64,000 bases of DNA from Opitutia bacterium. Lineage in GTDB: Bacteria; Verrucomicrobiota; Verrucomicrobiia; Opitutales; T3Sed10-336. Of the stretch, positions 35,715-45,212 are shown piece by piece. The stretch spans positions 1-64,000 of the forward strand of contig JBJHCF010000021.1 in the NCBI GenBank assembly GCA_050506795.1, in the 5' to 3' direction. The position numbers were made by a program, and so were the translations under genes. The notes below the pieces were generated by a model. It saw only the letters and a list, made by a program, of their open reading frames with translations. It searched no databases and was not told the origin of the DNA. Position 1 is the first letter of the stretch, and each line of letters starts with the position of its first letter.

Positions 35715-36440
35715 TCAGCGTTCCAGTATCAAAACATTGATAGCCAGTGAAAAAGCTATAATTGAGACGAAGAACACGACGTCCCGCAGGCGAATCAAAC
35801 CGGCCACCATGCCTTCGAAGTGAGTGACAAAACTGAAGTTCGCCAGGGAATCCACCAGCCAGACGGGAAGGTTCAATGCCAGCATCAGTTCATTGAATGC
35901 GCTCCATCCCAGAAGCACCAAGGCCAGGCAAATGATGAGACTGACCACGAAACTGATGACCTGATTGCGTGTCAGCGCCGATACGGCGGAGCAGATTGCG
36001 AGGAATGCACCCGCCATCAGGATGCTGCCGATATAGCCGGAGAACACCGGGCCCCAGTCCGGGCTCCCCAGGTAGGCGATGGTGATGGGCATGGTCACGG
36101 TCAAGAGGATGGCCAGCGAGACGAAGGCCCAGCCCGCGAGGAATTTGCCGGCTACGGCTTGCCAAATGCTTATCGGAAGGGTGAATAATAATTCCCAGGT
36201 TCCGGACCGCTTCTCTTCCGACCATAACCGCATACCCACTGCGGGTACGAGAAAGAGAAAAATCCATGGCAGGAACAGAAAAAAGGGCCGCAGGCTGGCA
36301 TCGTTACTTTCGAAAAACCCGCCCAGAAACCAGGGGAGCCCCATGGCGCCGACCAGGAACACGGCGAGAAAGACGTAGGCCACCGGCGAGCGGAAATACC
36401 CCAGGAATTCACGTTTGAACAGAGTGATGGTCTCTTTCAT
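35715..36440 (-). CDS. ABC-2 permease (GldF-like)
   Basis: KREFLGYFRSPVAY, MRLWSEEKRSGTWELLFTLP, SALTRNQV. Confidence 0.9.
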   Translation of the reverse strand: MKETITLFKREFLGYFRSPVAYVFLAVFLVGAMGLPWFLGGFFESNDASLRPFFLFLPWIFLFLVPAVGMRLWSEEKRSGTWELLFTLPISIWQAVAGKFLAGWAFVSLAILLTVTMPITIAYLGSPDWGPVFSGYIGSILMAGAFLAICSAVSALTRNQVISFVVSLIICLALVLLGWSAFNELMLALNLPVWLVDSLANFSFVTHFEGMVAGLIRLRDVVFFVSIIAFSLAINVLILER

Positions 36441-36454
36441 GACAAATGGGCTGG

Positions 36455-37450
36455 TTAGGTGGACTCGGAGTTTGACGCGGCCCGTTTCCTCTTGCGGGCG
36501 GCGGCGGGGGTTCGTTCCTCCGGCGTTTCGCCGTCTTTGCGGGTGAGCGTGCGGAAAACTTCCTCCAGGCGCAGGGTGGCGGGCTGGAGGGTCTTTACCG
36601 GCCACTTTTCGGCCAGCGCTCGTTTCCAAAGGGTTGTTTTTATTTCAGAGTTTCCTTTTGGCAGGACTGTGAGTTTGCCGTTTTGTTGATCGACCCGTTT
36701 AACGGCATCCATACCCGCGAGGGTTTCGCGGACAGCCGCGGTTCCGCCGTCCTCCAGCTCTAATTCAACCGCGCCGTAGCTGGGGTGGCGCTTCATGAGG
36801 TCCTCCGGAGTTTCGTCCACCAGGATCCGGCCGGCGGCGATGATGATAACCCGGTTGCACATGGCCTCGACCTCTTCGAGGATGTGGGTGGAAAGGATGA
36901 TCGCCTTGTCCGATGCCATAGAGGCTATCAGCCGGCGAACCTCTTGTTTCTGATTGGGATCCAGACCGTCAGTCGGCTCGTCGAGGATCAGACACGGAGG
37001 ATCGTGCATGACCGCCTGTGCCATACCGACCCGCTGACGAAAACCTTTGCTCAGGGTTTCAATGGGCTGGTTGCGCACTGCGCGGAGATGGCACAACTGA
37101 ATGGCCTTGTCGAGCGCTGCGGCAGCGGAGGCGCCGGATAGGCCTCGCATTTCGGCGATGAAACGAAGGAATTCCAGGACTGTCATTTCCGGGTAGAGGG
37201 GACCGCTTTCCGGCAGGTAGCCGATGTGACGTTTCGCTTCGCGCGGACGTTCGGCCACGTCGATCCCGGCAATTTGAGCACGGCCCGAGGTCGGAGGCAG
37301 AAACCCCGTGATCATCTTCATCGTGGTGGATTTGCCCGCCCCGTTGGGACCGAGGAATCCCAGAATATCGCCTTTGGCGACTGAGAAGGTGACGTCGTCC
37401 ACCGCGCGAATGGGTCCGTAATCTTTGATCAGGTTGCGTACATTGATCAT
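36455..37450 (-). CDS. ABC transporter ATP-binding protein (GldA-like)
   Basis: GPNGAGKST, LSKGFRQRVG, ILDEPTDGLD, STHIL. Confidence 0.95.
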   Translation of the reverse strand: MINVRNLIKDYGPIRAVDDVTFSVAKGDILGFLGPNGAGKSTTMKMITGFLPPTSGRAQIAGIDVAERPREAKRHIGYLPESGPLYPEMTVLEFLRFIAEMRGLSGASAAAALDKAIQLCHLRAVRNQPIETLSKGFRQRVGMAQAVMHDPPCLILDEPTDGLDPNQKQEVRRLIASMASDKAIILSTHILEEVEAMCNRVIIIAAGRILVDETPEDLMKRHPSYGAVELELEDGGTAAVRETLAGMDAVKRVDQQNGKLTVLPKGNSEIKTTLWKRALAEKWPVKTLQPATLRLEEVFRTLTRKDGETPEERTPAAARKRKRAASNSEST

Positions 37451-37724
37451 CGGTCAGAAAGGATATGCCAGGTTTTCCCACTGATAATAAGCCCCTTTAA
37501 CAAATTTCAAGTCGTGAATGTTCCCCTGAAAAAGTGCGCTTTTGCGGTTGAGCCCTGTGGTGGGAGTGGAAGTGTGGTTTATTGTCGCGAAACGAAAGCG
37601 TGGCCCCGGCCTTCAGGCGGGGTTTTGGGACTCGGGAAACGCGTTCGCTTTGCCTGAACGGTTCGGCGCCGTCGAAAGAGCGGCTCTACTTTTTCATCAG
37701 CAACGGTTAAGTGTCTCAAGGATA

Positions 37725-38765
37725 ATGCAGTATAAGCTCGATTTCGTTCGTTACCGAAGACCGTTTCGATTTCCTCCCAGGATCGGCGGAGCAGTTCAGC
37801 GGGCACGGGAAGGAGTTCTCGTGCGAGTCGCTGGCCCGGACGGGCATTGTGCCTACGGCGAAATTGCGCCTCTGGTTGCTTTTGGCACGGAATCGATCGA
37901 ACGGGCGGAGCGGTATTTGCTCGGTCTGGGCGGGGTGATTCGAGGCGATCAGGCGGAGGAGGTGCCGAACGAGCTGAGTTGCTGCCGGTTTGCCCTGGAG
38001 TCGGCGCTGACGGAACTCGAACGGGGCAAGGATCTGTTGGATCGGTCGAGTGAGGGCGGGCGTCGCTTGGCGGTCGCGGGATTGCTCCCAGGGGGAATGG
38101 ATCCTGTTGACGGTGTGGATGATCTGTTGGCGCGGGGTTATCGGACATTGAAATGGAAGATCGGCTCGGAGACCTTTGATCGCGAGCGTGACTGGTTTAG
38201 GCGAGTGAAGGATCGGGTGCCGAAGGACGTCCGGTGGCGTCTTGATGCCAATGGTTCGCTCGACGTCGCGACGGTTGAAAAATGGGCACGCGAGTTGGAG
38301 GGGGCTGCTGTCGATTACCTGGAACAACCGCTTCCCGTTGGCGAGACAAAGGCGCTCTTTACTTTGTCGAAGGAGCTGGAATTGCCGCTGGCTTTGGATG
38401 AGGCGGTTGGGACGGTGGAATCGCTTCGGGAATGGCGGGACCGCGGTTGGCTCGGCCTTTTTGTGGTTAAGCCCGCCTTGAGCGGTTCTCCCAAAGCCCT
38501 GGCGGAATTCCTCCGGGAGGAACATCGACGGGTTGTGTTTTCATCGGCGCTCGAGACCGGGGTAGGCGTCCGCCATGCATTGGGTCCCGCATTGGATTTC
38601 GGCATCGGGGATTCGGCCGTTGGCTGGGGAACCGGTCAGTTATTTGGTGATGATGGCCTCTCGCCACGGTTCGGGCCAAGGGTGACCGATTCCGCTGTTG
38701 CCGCGATCGACCCATCTGGTATATGGAACCGGTTGCAGCATGAATCTTGGGGAAAGGCTGATTGA
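37725..38765 (+). CDS. menC: o-Succinylbenzoate synthase
   Basis: GEIAPL..FGTE, TLKWKIG, RLDANG, YLEQP, ALDE, VVKP, FSSALET. Confidence 0.88.
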   Translation: MQYKLDFVRYRRPFRFPPRIGGAVQRAREGVLVRVAGPDGHCAYGEIAPLVAFGTESIERAERYLLGLGGVIRGDQAEEVPNELSCCRFALESALTELERGKDLLDRSSEGGRRLAVAGLLPGGMDPVDGVDDLLARGYRTLKWKIGSETFDRERDWFRRVKDRVPKDVRWRLDANGSLDVATVEKWARELEGAAVDYLEQPLPVGETKALFTLSKELELPLALDEAVGTVESLREWRDRGWLGLFVVKPALSGSPKALAEFLREEHRRVVFSSALETGVGVRHALGPALDFGIGDSAVGWGTGQLFGDDGLSPRFGPRVTDSAVAAIDPSGIWNRLQHESWGKAD

Positions 38766-40041
38766 ATTTTACCGGCAGGGAGGCGTGGTCGGATTGGATC
38801 CGTTGCGGTACCTCCAGGAGTTCAGTGAGTGTGTAAAAGGTGACGCGGACTGTGCGACGCCAACCATTCTGATCGCTGAAAAGGATCCGGCGCGGTTTTT
38901 GGCGGCGCTGGCTGTCAGCCTGGCCATCGGCGCCCGGGTCGTGCTGGCCAATCCCGGCTGGCGGTCGCTGGAGTGGAAGCAGGTCGATGAACTGGTGGCG
39001 GCGGATATTCGGTTTGGGGATATTTCCTTTCCCGCGGCGTCACGTCCCAGTGACCACGGACCCATTCCGGCTGGTTGTTGCCTGGCGATACCGACCGGCG
39101 GTACGGGAGGAAAAATACGGTTTGCGGTGCATGACGGCAGGTCACTCGAAGCCGCCGCGCGAGGCTTCCTGCAATGGACCGAATCGGAGACAGCATGTTG
39201 CTGGTCGGATTTGCCGTTTTATCATGTGAGCGGCTTGATGCCGCTATTGCGTGCGGTCGTGGGAGCGGGAAGGTTTTTCTGGCCACCGGCGCTCGGGAGC
39301 AGAGCGGTGGTGGCCAATCGAATCAACGTGATATCGCTGGTGCCGACCCAATTGGCCAGGGCGATGCGCGATCCGCGAATGGTCGATTGGCTGCGGGATT
39401 TCTCCCACATCCTGGTTGGCGGTGCCGCGGTTGCGGATGACCTGCGACAATCGGCCCGTGCCGCCAACCTGCCGCTATCCCCGTCGTACGGTATGACCGA
39501 AACCGCTGCTGCCGTTTGCGCGGTCAAGCCTGAAGATTTTCTTGCCGGTGACGATTCGAGTGGCAGTTTTCTCCCCCACGCCAGGGTTTATGCGGAAAAT
39601 GGAAACCTGAACCGGCCCGCGCCCCTTTTCATTGAGTGCGAATCGCTCTTTCTCGGATACTGGGGGACCAGGAAAACACCAGATTCCCCCTGGCCTACGA
39701 ACGACCTTGGCTTTCTCGACCGCCGGAGTCGCCTGTACGTGACAGGCAGGATTCGCACTCTCATTAACAGCGGTGGCGAAAAGATCGATCCCGCGGAGGT
39801 GGAAAGCGCATTGATTCAAAGTCGAATTGCCAAGACAGCTCACGTCATAGGTGTTCCAGACCCGGATTGGGGTGAACGCGTGACCGCGTACTACGTCCCC
39901 GGCACAGTTCTCGAAAGAGATCGCCTTAAGCAATTCCTTGCCCCCCATAAGATCCCGAAGAATTGGGTCAGCGTTCCTAGCATCCCACTAAACGCCCATG
40001 GAAAACCGGATCTCTCACAACTGAGCCAAAACCCCATCTAA
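38740..40041 (+). CDS. menE: o-Succinylbenzoate-CoA ligase
   Basis: PTGGTGG, LPFYHVSGLM, SLVPTQL, SYGMTET, TNDLG, INSGGEKI, HKIPK; adjacent to menC. Confidence 0.85.
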   Translation: MNLGERLIEFYRQGGVVGLDPLRYLQEFSECVKGDADCATPTILIAEKDPARFLAALAVSLAIGARVVLANPGWRSLEWKQVDELVAADIRFGDISFPAASRPSDHGPIPAGCCLAIPTGGTGGKIRFAVHDGRSLEAAARGFLQWTESETACCWSDLPFYHVSGLMPLLRAVVGAGRFFWPPALGSRAVVANRINVISLVPTQLARAMRDPRMVDWLRDFSHILVGGAAVADDLRQSARAANLPLSPSYGMTETAAAVCAVKPEDFLAGDDSSGSFLPHARVYAENGNLNRPAPLFIECESLFLGYWGTRKTPDSPWPTNDLGFLDRRSRLYVTGRIRTLINSGGEKIDPAEVESALIQSRIAKTAHVIGVPDPDWGERVTAYYVPGTVLERDRLKQFLAPHKIPKNWVSVPSIPLNAHGKPDLSQLSQNPI

Positions 40042-40054
40042 TACTCGTCATAGT

Positions 40055-40077
40055 TATAAATAGACAGGCTATTTATA
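40055..40077 (+). repeat. AT-rich REP-like palindrome upstream of the RAYT gene
   Basis: TATAAATAG-ACAGG-CTATTTATA. Confidence 0.8.
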
Positions 40078-40114
40078 CTTGACTAACAGAAGGAATTCGG
40101 CCAAGGACTAAATT

Positions 40115-41074
40115 ATGGCTGCTAGGAGAGTGAAAGTGGTTGAGCAAAGTGCGGTTTATCATTGTATGAGCCGAATTGTTGGGAAACAGAAACTGCTGGG
40201 ATATCTCGAGAGGGAGGTGTTGCGAAAACAGATTTGGAAGTTGGCGGATTTCTGCGGGGTTGATGTGTTGACCTATGCGGTGATGGAGAATCATTTTCAT
40301 GTACTGCTTCGCGTTCCGGAGAAAGCGACTATCGACGATGACGAGTTGGTTCGTCGGGTTGATGTGCTTTACGGAGAGGTCAAAGCCAAAGCGGTGGAGG
40401 CCAAGTTGAAAGGGGGGGCAGGCGAAATGGTAAGGGAGGCGTATCAAAGGCGAATGGGTGATGTTTCGCAGTATATGAAGGAGTTGAAACAGCGATTTTC
40501 GATTTGGTACAATCGCAAAAATGGCCGTGTGGGTACACTTTGGGCGGAACGGTTTAAAAGCGTTCTGGTTGAATCGTCGGGTTCGGCGCTGCGAACGGTG
40601 GCGGCCTATATTGACTTAAATGCTGTTCGTGCAAGGCTTTGCCGAGATCCTAAGGACTATCGGTTTTGCGGCTATGGGGAAGCCTGTGCGGGGGAGGCTA
40701 AGGCTCGAAATGGATTACGGACCGTTATGGCGCAAGAAAAATGGCGTCGCGCGGCATGGGAGTATCGATTGGTGCTGTTCGGTAAGGGATATTATGTGAA
40801 AATGGAAGGCAAAGGCGGGATTTCCTGGGAGGACTGGGTTAGGGTTCGGAGCGAATCCGGAAAGCTTTCGGTCGGTGATGCGTTGCGTTGCCGGGTTCGT
40901 TATTTCACCGAAGGAACAATTTTGGGATCGAAAGAGTTTGTTGATTCGCAATTTGAGTCGCATCGTGGAATTTTCGGTGCGAGACGGAAGGATGGCGCCC
41001 GGCGGTTACGTGGCGCAGAGTGGGAAAACCTGTACAGTGTCAGAGATTTGCGGAAAAACGTGTATGACGGTTGA
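40115..41074 (+). mobile_element. REP-associated tyrosine transposase (RAYT; Y1 HUH, IS200-like)
   Basis: YHCMSR, YAVMENHFHVLL (HUH), GTLWAERFKSVLVE, AYIDLNAVRA (catalytic Tyr); lower GC than the first part of the window. Confidence 0.9.
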
Positions 41075-41097
41075 GCCTCAGTGAACCAAACAAAGAG

Positions 41098-41862
41098 ATG
41101 AGAAATCAGTTTCCCCGAAATCCGATTCTCCTGGGGGTGAATATTGACCACGCCGCGACGCTGCGACAGGCCCGCTATCGTGGTTCAGTTCGATCCGCAG
41201 GAGAGATGGTTGAGCCCGATCCTCTATTCATCGCGTTACTGGCTGAAAGAGCCGGAGCGGATGGAATTACGGTGCACCTGCGTGAGGATCGGCGGCACAT
41301 TCAAGAGCGCGATGTCTGGCGCCTGCGGGAAAGTATTTCCACACGACTGAACCTGGAAATGGCCTGCACCCCGGAAATGATTGAACTGGCGTTGAAGCTG
41401 AAGCCGAATTCAGTTTGCCTGGTTCCCGAAGGCAGGGATGAAGTGACGACAGAGGGAGGGCTTGATTTGATTGGGCAAAAGAAGCGTGTTACAAAAACCA
41501 CCGAGTGCTTGATGGAAGCAGGTATGGTGGTGAGCCTGTTCATAGAGCCAGAACTCGATCAAATAGACTGTGCCGGTGAAATCGGAAGTCGTTGCGTTGA
41601 GCTGCACACGGGAGCATACGCCAACGCATATTACGGATCGAATCGCGGGGTTGAGTTCGAGCGATTGCGGATAGGCTGTAAGCATGCGGCTTCAGCAGGA
41701 TTGGTCGTTAATGCGGGCCACGGGATCAATTATGTTAACATTGCCGAGATTCGGACGCTGCCGAATTTGCATGAGCTGAACATTGGACACAGCATACTGA
41801 GCCGATCAATCACCGTTGGTATTGAGGGTGCGGTGCGTGAGATGAAAAGCAGATTGGAATGA
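41098..41862 (+). CDS. pdxJ: Pyridoxine 5'-phosphate synthase
   Basis: LGVNIDHAATLRQAR, HLREDRRHIQ, TTEGGL, ELHTG, NAGHG, ELNIGH. Confidence 0.97.
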   Translation: MRNQFPRNPILLGVNIDHAATLRQARYRGSVRSAGEMVEPDPLFIALLAERAGADGITVHLREDRRHIQERDVWRLRESISTRLNLEMACTPEMIELALKLKPNSVCLVPEGRDEVTTEGGLDLIGQKKRVTKTTECLMEAGMVVSLFIEPELDQIDCAGEIGSRCVELHTGAYANAYYGSNRGVEFERLRIGCKHAASAGLVVNAGHGINYVNIAEIRTLPNLHELNIGHSILSRSITVGIEGAVREMKSRLE

Positions 41863-42275
41863 ACGAACCTTCGCTGCAATTGCCGTTGGGCGGATTCCTG
41901 ATCGGATTGGGGACGGATTTGGTCGAGGTCGGAAGAATTCGCGGCGTCATGGATCGCCAGGGAGACCGGTTTATCAAGAAAGTTTTCACGGAGGAGGAGC
42001 AGGCGTATTGTTTGCGGATGAAACATCCGCATAAGCACCTGGCCGCCCGGTTTGCAGCCAAAGAAGCGGTTTCCAAGGCGTTCACGACCGGTATCGGCGG
42101 TTGGTTGGGATGGACGTCGGTTTCGGTCTATCACGGCGAGAGGGGAGAGCCGCTCATCCGCCTCGATGTCCAGGGAGAAGCGCTACTGAAGGAAGTCGGA
42201 GCCAATCGGATCTGGATAAGCCTTTCCCATACAGAGTCACTCGCACAGGCAGTTGCCGTTCTGTTGCGCGACTGA
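41859..42275 (+). CDS. acpS: Holo-ACP synthase
   Basis: GLGTDLVE, LAARFAAKEAVSKA, ISLSHT. Confidence 0.96.
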   Translation: MNEPSLQLPLGGFLIGLGTDLVEVGRIRGVMDRQGDRFIKKVFTEEEQAYCLRMKHPHKHLAARFAAKEAVSKAFTTGIGGWLGWTSVSVYHGERGEPLIRLDVQGEALLKEVGANRIWISLSHTESLAQAVAVLLRD

Positions 42276-42323
42276 AGACTGATGAGCGGGTCGGGAGAGC
42301 GAAGAGACCCAGCAGTGTGTCAA

Positions 42324-42346
42324 TTATAAATAGCCTGGCTAATTAT
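42324..42346 (-). repeat. Second, inverted copy of the AT-rich palindrome
   Basis: TTATAAATAGCCTGGCTAATTAT; its reverse complement ATAATTAG-CCAGG-CTATTTATAA matches the 40055 copy. Confidence 0.75.
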
Positions 42347-42366
42347 TATCAGTTGCCAGTAGGGCA

Positions 42367-42621
42367 TTAAGGCTCGCTATTTTGCTGCCATTCTCGAGCG
42401 GCGGTGATGATTAAGAGAAATAGTCCCAGGAATATGAGGACCAGGCCGGTGGCGGTAAGGATGTCGTGGGTCAGGATCTGCCTTTGGCGTTCGGGATCTG
42501 CGGTTTGCAGCGAGGAGCGGGGGCGGGTGCCGTGGTATACGAACAGGACTAATCCCAGGAGCAACGAGAAGCCTCCGCAGGCTAGTTGTGTTGCGCGTTT
42601 TTTGAAATTAAGACTCCGCAT
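42367..42621 (-). CDS. Small two-TM membrane protein
   Basis: 84-aa ORF with two hydrophobic segments, filling the intergenic gap. Confidence 0.5.
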   Translation of the reverse strand: MRSLNFKKRATQLACGGFSLLLGLVLFVYHGTRPRSSLQTADPERQRQILTHDILTATGLVLIFLGLFLLIITAAREWQQNSEP

Positions 42622-42745
42622 GATGTTTTTCGGGTAGAAGAATGAGTGATCTGAAGGGATGATTCAAGGTCTGCGCTGTAAAGATAGGGCGATAGTGGGA
42701 TACGCGTGTTTGCTATCTGAGATGTTATTCGCTTCAATGGGTAGA

Positions 42746-44359
42746 ATGAAAATCACCCATCCGGCATTGTCCTGCGAGCAGGGAGCTGCCTGGGAGAGGT
42801 TTGTCCTAGGGAGGGATGAGAAGTCTGAGTGGGCTGCCATGCGGCGTGCGGGATGCTCTATCGGTCGTGGGGTGCTGGAAGACTGGCTCGAGACCGGGTT
42901 TTCGTTGGAGCATCAGAGTGTCCTCGTGATGTGCGGGAAGGGGCATAATGGCGGCGATGCCTTGTTGGCGGCCAAGGAGATCTTTGGGCAGGTGCCCTCG
43001 GTTCGGATCCAAGTTCTTTTCACTGAAGGTGAGCGTACTCTGCGGCCTTTGACAGCGCGGGCCTGGCGAGAGCTGCGGGAATCCGCCGGGGATTCGGTTG
43101 GATACGAGACGTTACCGTCGGATGGTGAAATTGATGAGTGGCTGGAGGGTCGATTGGGGGCGATTCGCTGGGCGGTTTGTCTCGATGGCGTTCTGGGTAT
43201 GGGGTTTAAGCCTCCGGTTCGATCACGTCTGGATAGGCTCATTCGATGGGTTAATGGCAGGGCCAGGATTGTTCTTCGCGCTGCGGTGGATCTTCCGAGT
43301 GGTGTCGGAGACCGCGCCGCGGAGATGCCGTTTCGAGCGGATTTTACCTATATGCCTGGAATATTCAAATTGCCTTCCGTGGTGCCTGCATTGGAGAAAT
43401 GGACCGGACGATTGCGCTATCTTGACCTGGCTTTTTTTGATCAGCAGGAACCCGATTGCGCGGAGGCTGTTCCAGGTGAGAGTTCGGATATCGAACGACG
43501 GGTGATAGAGCCGGCAATTCTTCGTCCATTGCTGGGATTGCGGGATCCGTTGGCTCACAAGATGGCTTACGGGCATCTGATGTTGGTGGGAGGTTCGTTA
43601 GCCTTGCCAGGAGCGATCCTAATGAGTGTGCTGGCGGCGCTTCGGAGCGGGGTCGGTCTGGTTACGGCCTTTGTGCCCCAATCGCTGATGGCGGCGTTCG
43701 CCGCACGGGTACCTGAGGCGATGTGGGTTCCCTGTCCGGAAACGCCGGACGGGGGTTTGGCGATGGAGACTTTGGGATTGTTCCGGGAACGTGTTTCCCG
43801 TGCTTCGGCACTCGTTTTGGGGCCTGGGCTTGGCCGGGGGTCGGAGACTCATTCCCTGGCGGCGGAAATTATAAAAGGGGCGCCCGGCCCGATACTCCTT
43901 GATGCTGACGGCTTAACCCGGGATCTGGTTGCGGCGGCAGCTGTTCCGGAGCGTGAAGGATCTTTGGTTCTCACCCCACACGGCGGGGAGTTTTCCCGTA
44001 TCGCGGGAATGGACTTCGGGAGTGTGGGTGAGTCCGGTCTGGTGGAATTTGCTCGCCGGCGGAACGCGGTTGTGGTGCTTAAAGGGCCGCCGGTAACTCG
44101 TATTACGGATGGACGATCGCTTTGGTACAGCTTGAATGGGGGGCCGGTCCTGGCCCGCGGAGGAAGCGGTGACCTTCTTTCCGGCCTGATCGGGGGCCTT
44201 CTGGCCGCCACTCAATCCGGGGCGCCTCTGGAAACTGTGTCCCGGGGGGTCTACTGGCAGGGATCTGCGGCCGATGCCTTAGCTCGCGAGCGAGGAGTGG
44301 TTGCGGTTGCGGCAACCGACCTGATCGAGTGTTTGGGCGGGGTCTTACGCGATCATTGA
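42746..44359 (+). CDS. nnr: Bifunctional NAD(P)H-hydrate epimerase/dehydratase (start uncertain)
   Basis: CGKGHNGGDA, DGVLGMG, AVDLPSG, HKMAYGH, GPGLG, DADGL, LTPHGGEF, LKG, GGSGDLL. Confidence 0.9.
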   Translation: MKITHPALSCEQGAAWERFVLGRDEKSEWAAMRRAGCSIGRGVLEDWLETGFSLEHQSVLVMCGKGHNGGDALLAAKEIFGQVPSVRIQVLFTEGERTLRPLTARAWRELRESAGDSVGYETLPSDGEIDEWLEGRLGAIRWAVCLDGVLGMGFKPPVRSRLDRLIRWVNGRARIVLRAAVDLPSGVGDRAAEMPFRADFTYMPGIFKLPSVVPALEKWTGRLRYLDLAFFDQQEPDCAEAVPGESSDIERRVIEPAILRPLLGLRDPLAHKMAYGHLMLVGGSLALPGAILMSVLAALRSGVGLVTAFVPQSLMAAFAARVPEAMWVPCPETPDGGLAMETLGLFRERVSRASALVLGPGLGRGSETHSLAAEIIKGAPGPILLDADGLTRDLVAAAAVPEREGSLVLTPHGGEFSRIAGMDFGSVGESGLVEFARRRNAVVVLKGPPVTRITDGRSLWYSLNGGPVLARGGSGDLLSGLIGGLLAATQSGAPLETVSRGVYWQGSAADALARERGVVAVAATDLIECLGGVLRDH

Positions 44360-44366
44360 TCAAGGT

Positions 44367-45161
44367 TTACTCGGGCCAGCCTTCCCACCGCGCACGTCCC
44401 TCGCCGACGCCCGGCGTGTTTCCACCGCGGCCGTCTTCTTCAATGCGCAGGTACTCGCGATGGCTCACTAAAATATTTACTGGGCCCCGTCGACGGAGAG
44501 CGATTCGGTCGCCTTCGGCTATACTGCCCTCGTAGATGGTCTCGCCGGTTTCGATTTCCGTTACCCGGACCAGATCGATGTCTCCCCGGCCGACAAGGAA
44601 GAGTTCTTTGATTCCCTCTCCGGGTTCATCCGTGACGGCCTCCGGGGAATCGGATCCGATGATGGCGAACACGATGGCAATCAAGGCCGCGACCACAACC
44701 AAGGTTGCGGCGATGGTGGCGCCGACCTTGATATAGAAAGCCTTGTCGCGCCCCTCCGTAGAGGTGAAAGCGGACTCGCGACGACGTTCCTGCCCGTCCT
44801 CGTGCTCCCGGGCAACGGCCGCCGCGGTGGATTCGGTGGACGGGCCGGTGGAGTGGCCGAGTTCAAGTCGGCCATAGGATTCCGTCTGGTTTTCTTGAGT
44901 GGCGCTTTTGACGGTGTGCGGAGATTCGCCTCCCGACAGTCCGTCATAATCGGTGAGTATACGGGTTCCGTTGAGTTTCAGAAAGTTAGCGTAATTCCTG
45001 AGGAAACCGCGGATGTAGATTTCGGGAAGATCGATCTGGAACGAGTTGTTTTCGAAGGCAGCGAGGTACTCTCCTCGGATCTTGGTCGATTCAGCCGCTT
45101 CCCGCACTGAAATGCCTTTGTGTTTGCGGGCTTCCTCCAATCTTTCACCGATAGTTTGCAT
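44367..45161 (-). CDS. RodZ-like HTH membrane protein
   Basis: IGERLEEAR..TKIR..YIRGFLRNYA, single TM segment; downstream of ftsK. Confidence 0.8.
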   Translation of the reverse strand: MQTIGERLEEARKHKGISVREAAESTKIRGEYLAAFENNSFQIDLPEIYIRGFLRNYANFLKLNGTRILTDYDGLSGGESPHTVKSATQENQTESYGRLELGHSTGPSTESTAAAVAREHEDGQERRRESAFTSTEGRDKAFYIKVGATIAATLVVVAALIAIVFAIIGSDSPEAVTDEPGEGIKELFLVGRGDIDLVRVTEIETGETIYEGSIAEGDRIALRRRGPVNILVSHREYLRIEEDGRGGNTPGVGEGRARWEGWPE

Positions 45162-45212
45162 ACTTGGGTCTGTGCATAAACTCCCGTGCGGGAAAAGACC
45201 ACAAAAAATTGG

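Noticed and set aside
32656..37450. Gliding motility / T9SS locus
   Set aside because: GldA/F/G-like ABC systems with DUF4340 are widespread, and no gldJ-N or spr genes are present in the window.
40115..41074. IS200/IS605 element with TnpB/IscB
   Set aside because: No RuvC-type partner gene; length and motifs fit a RAYT.
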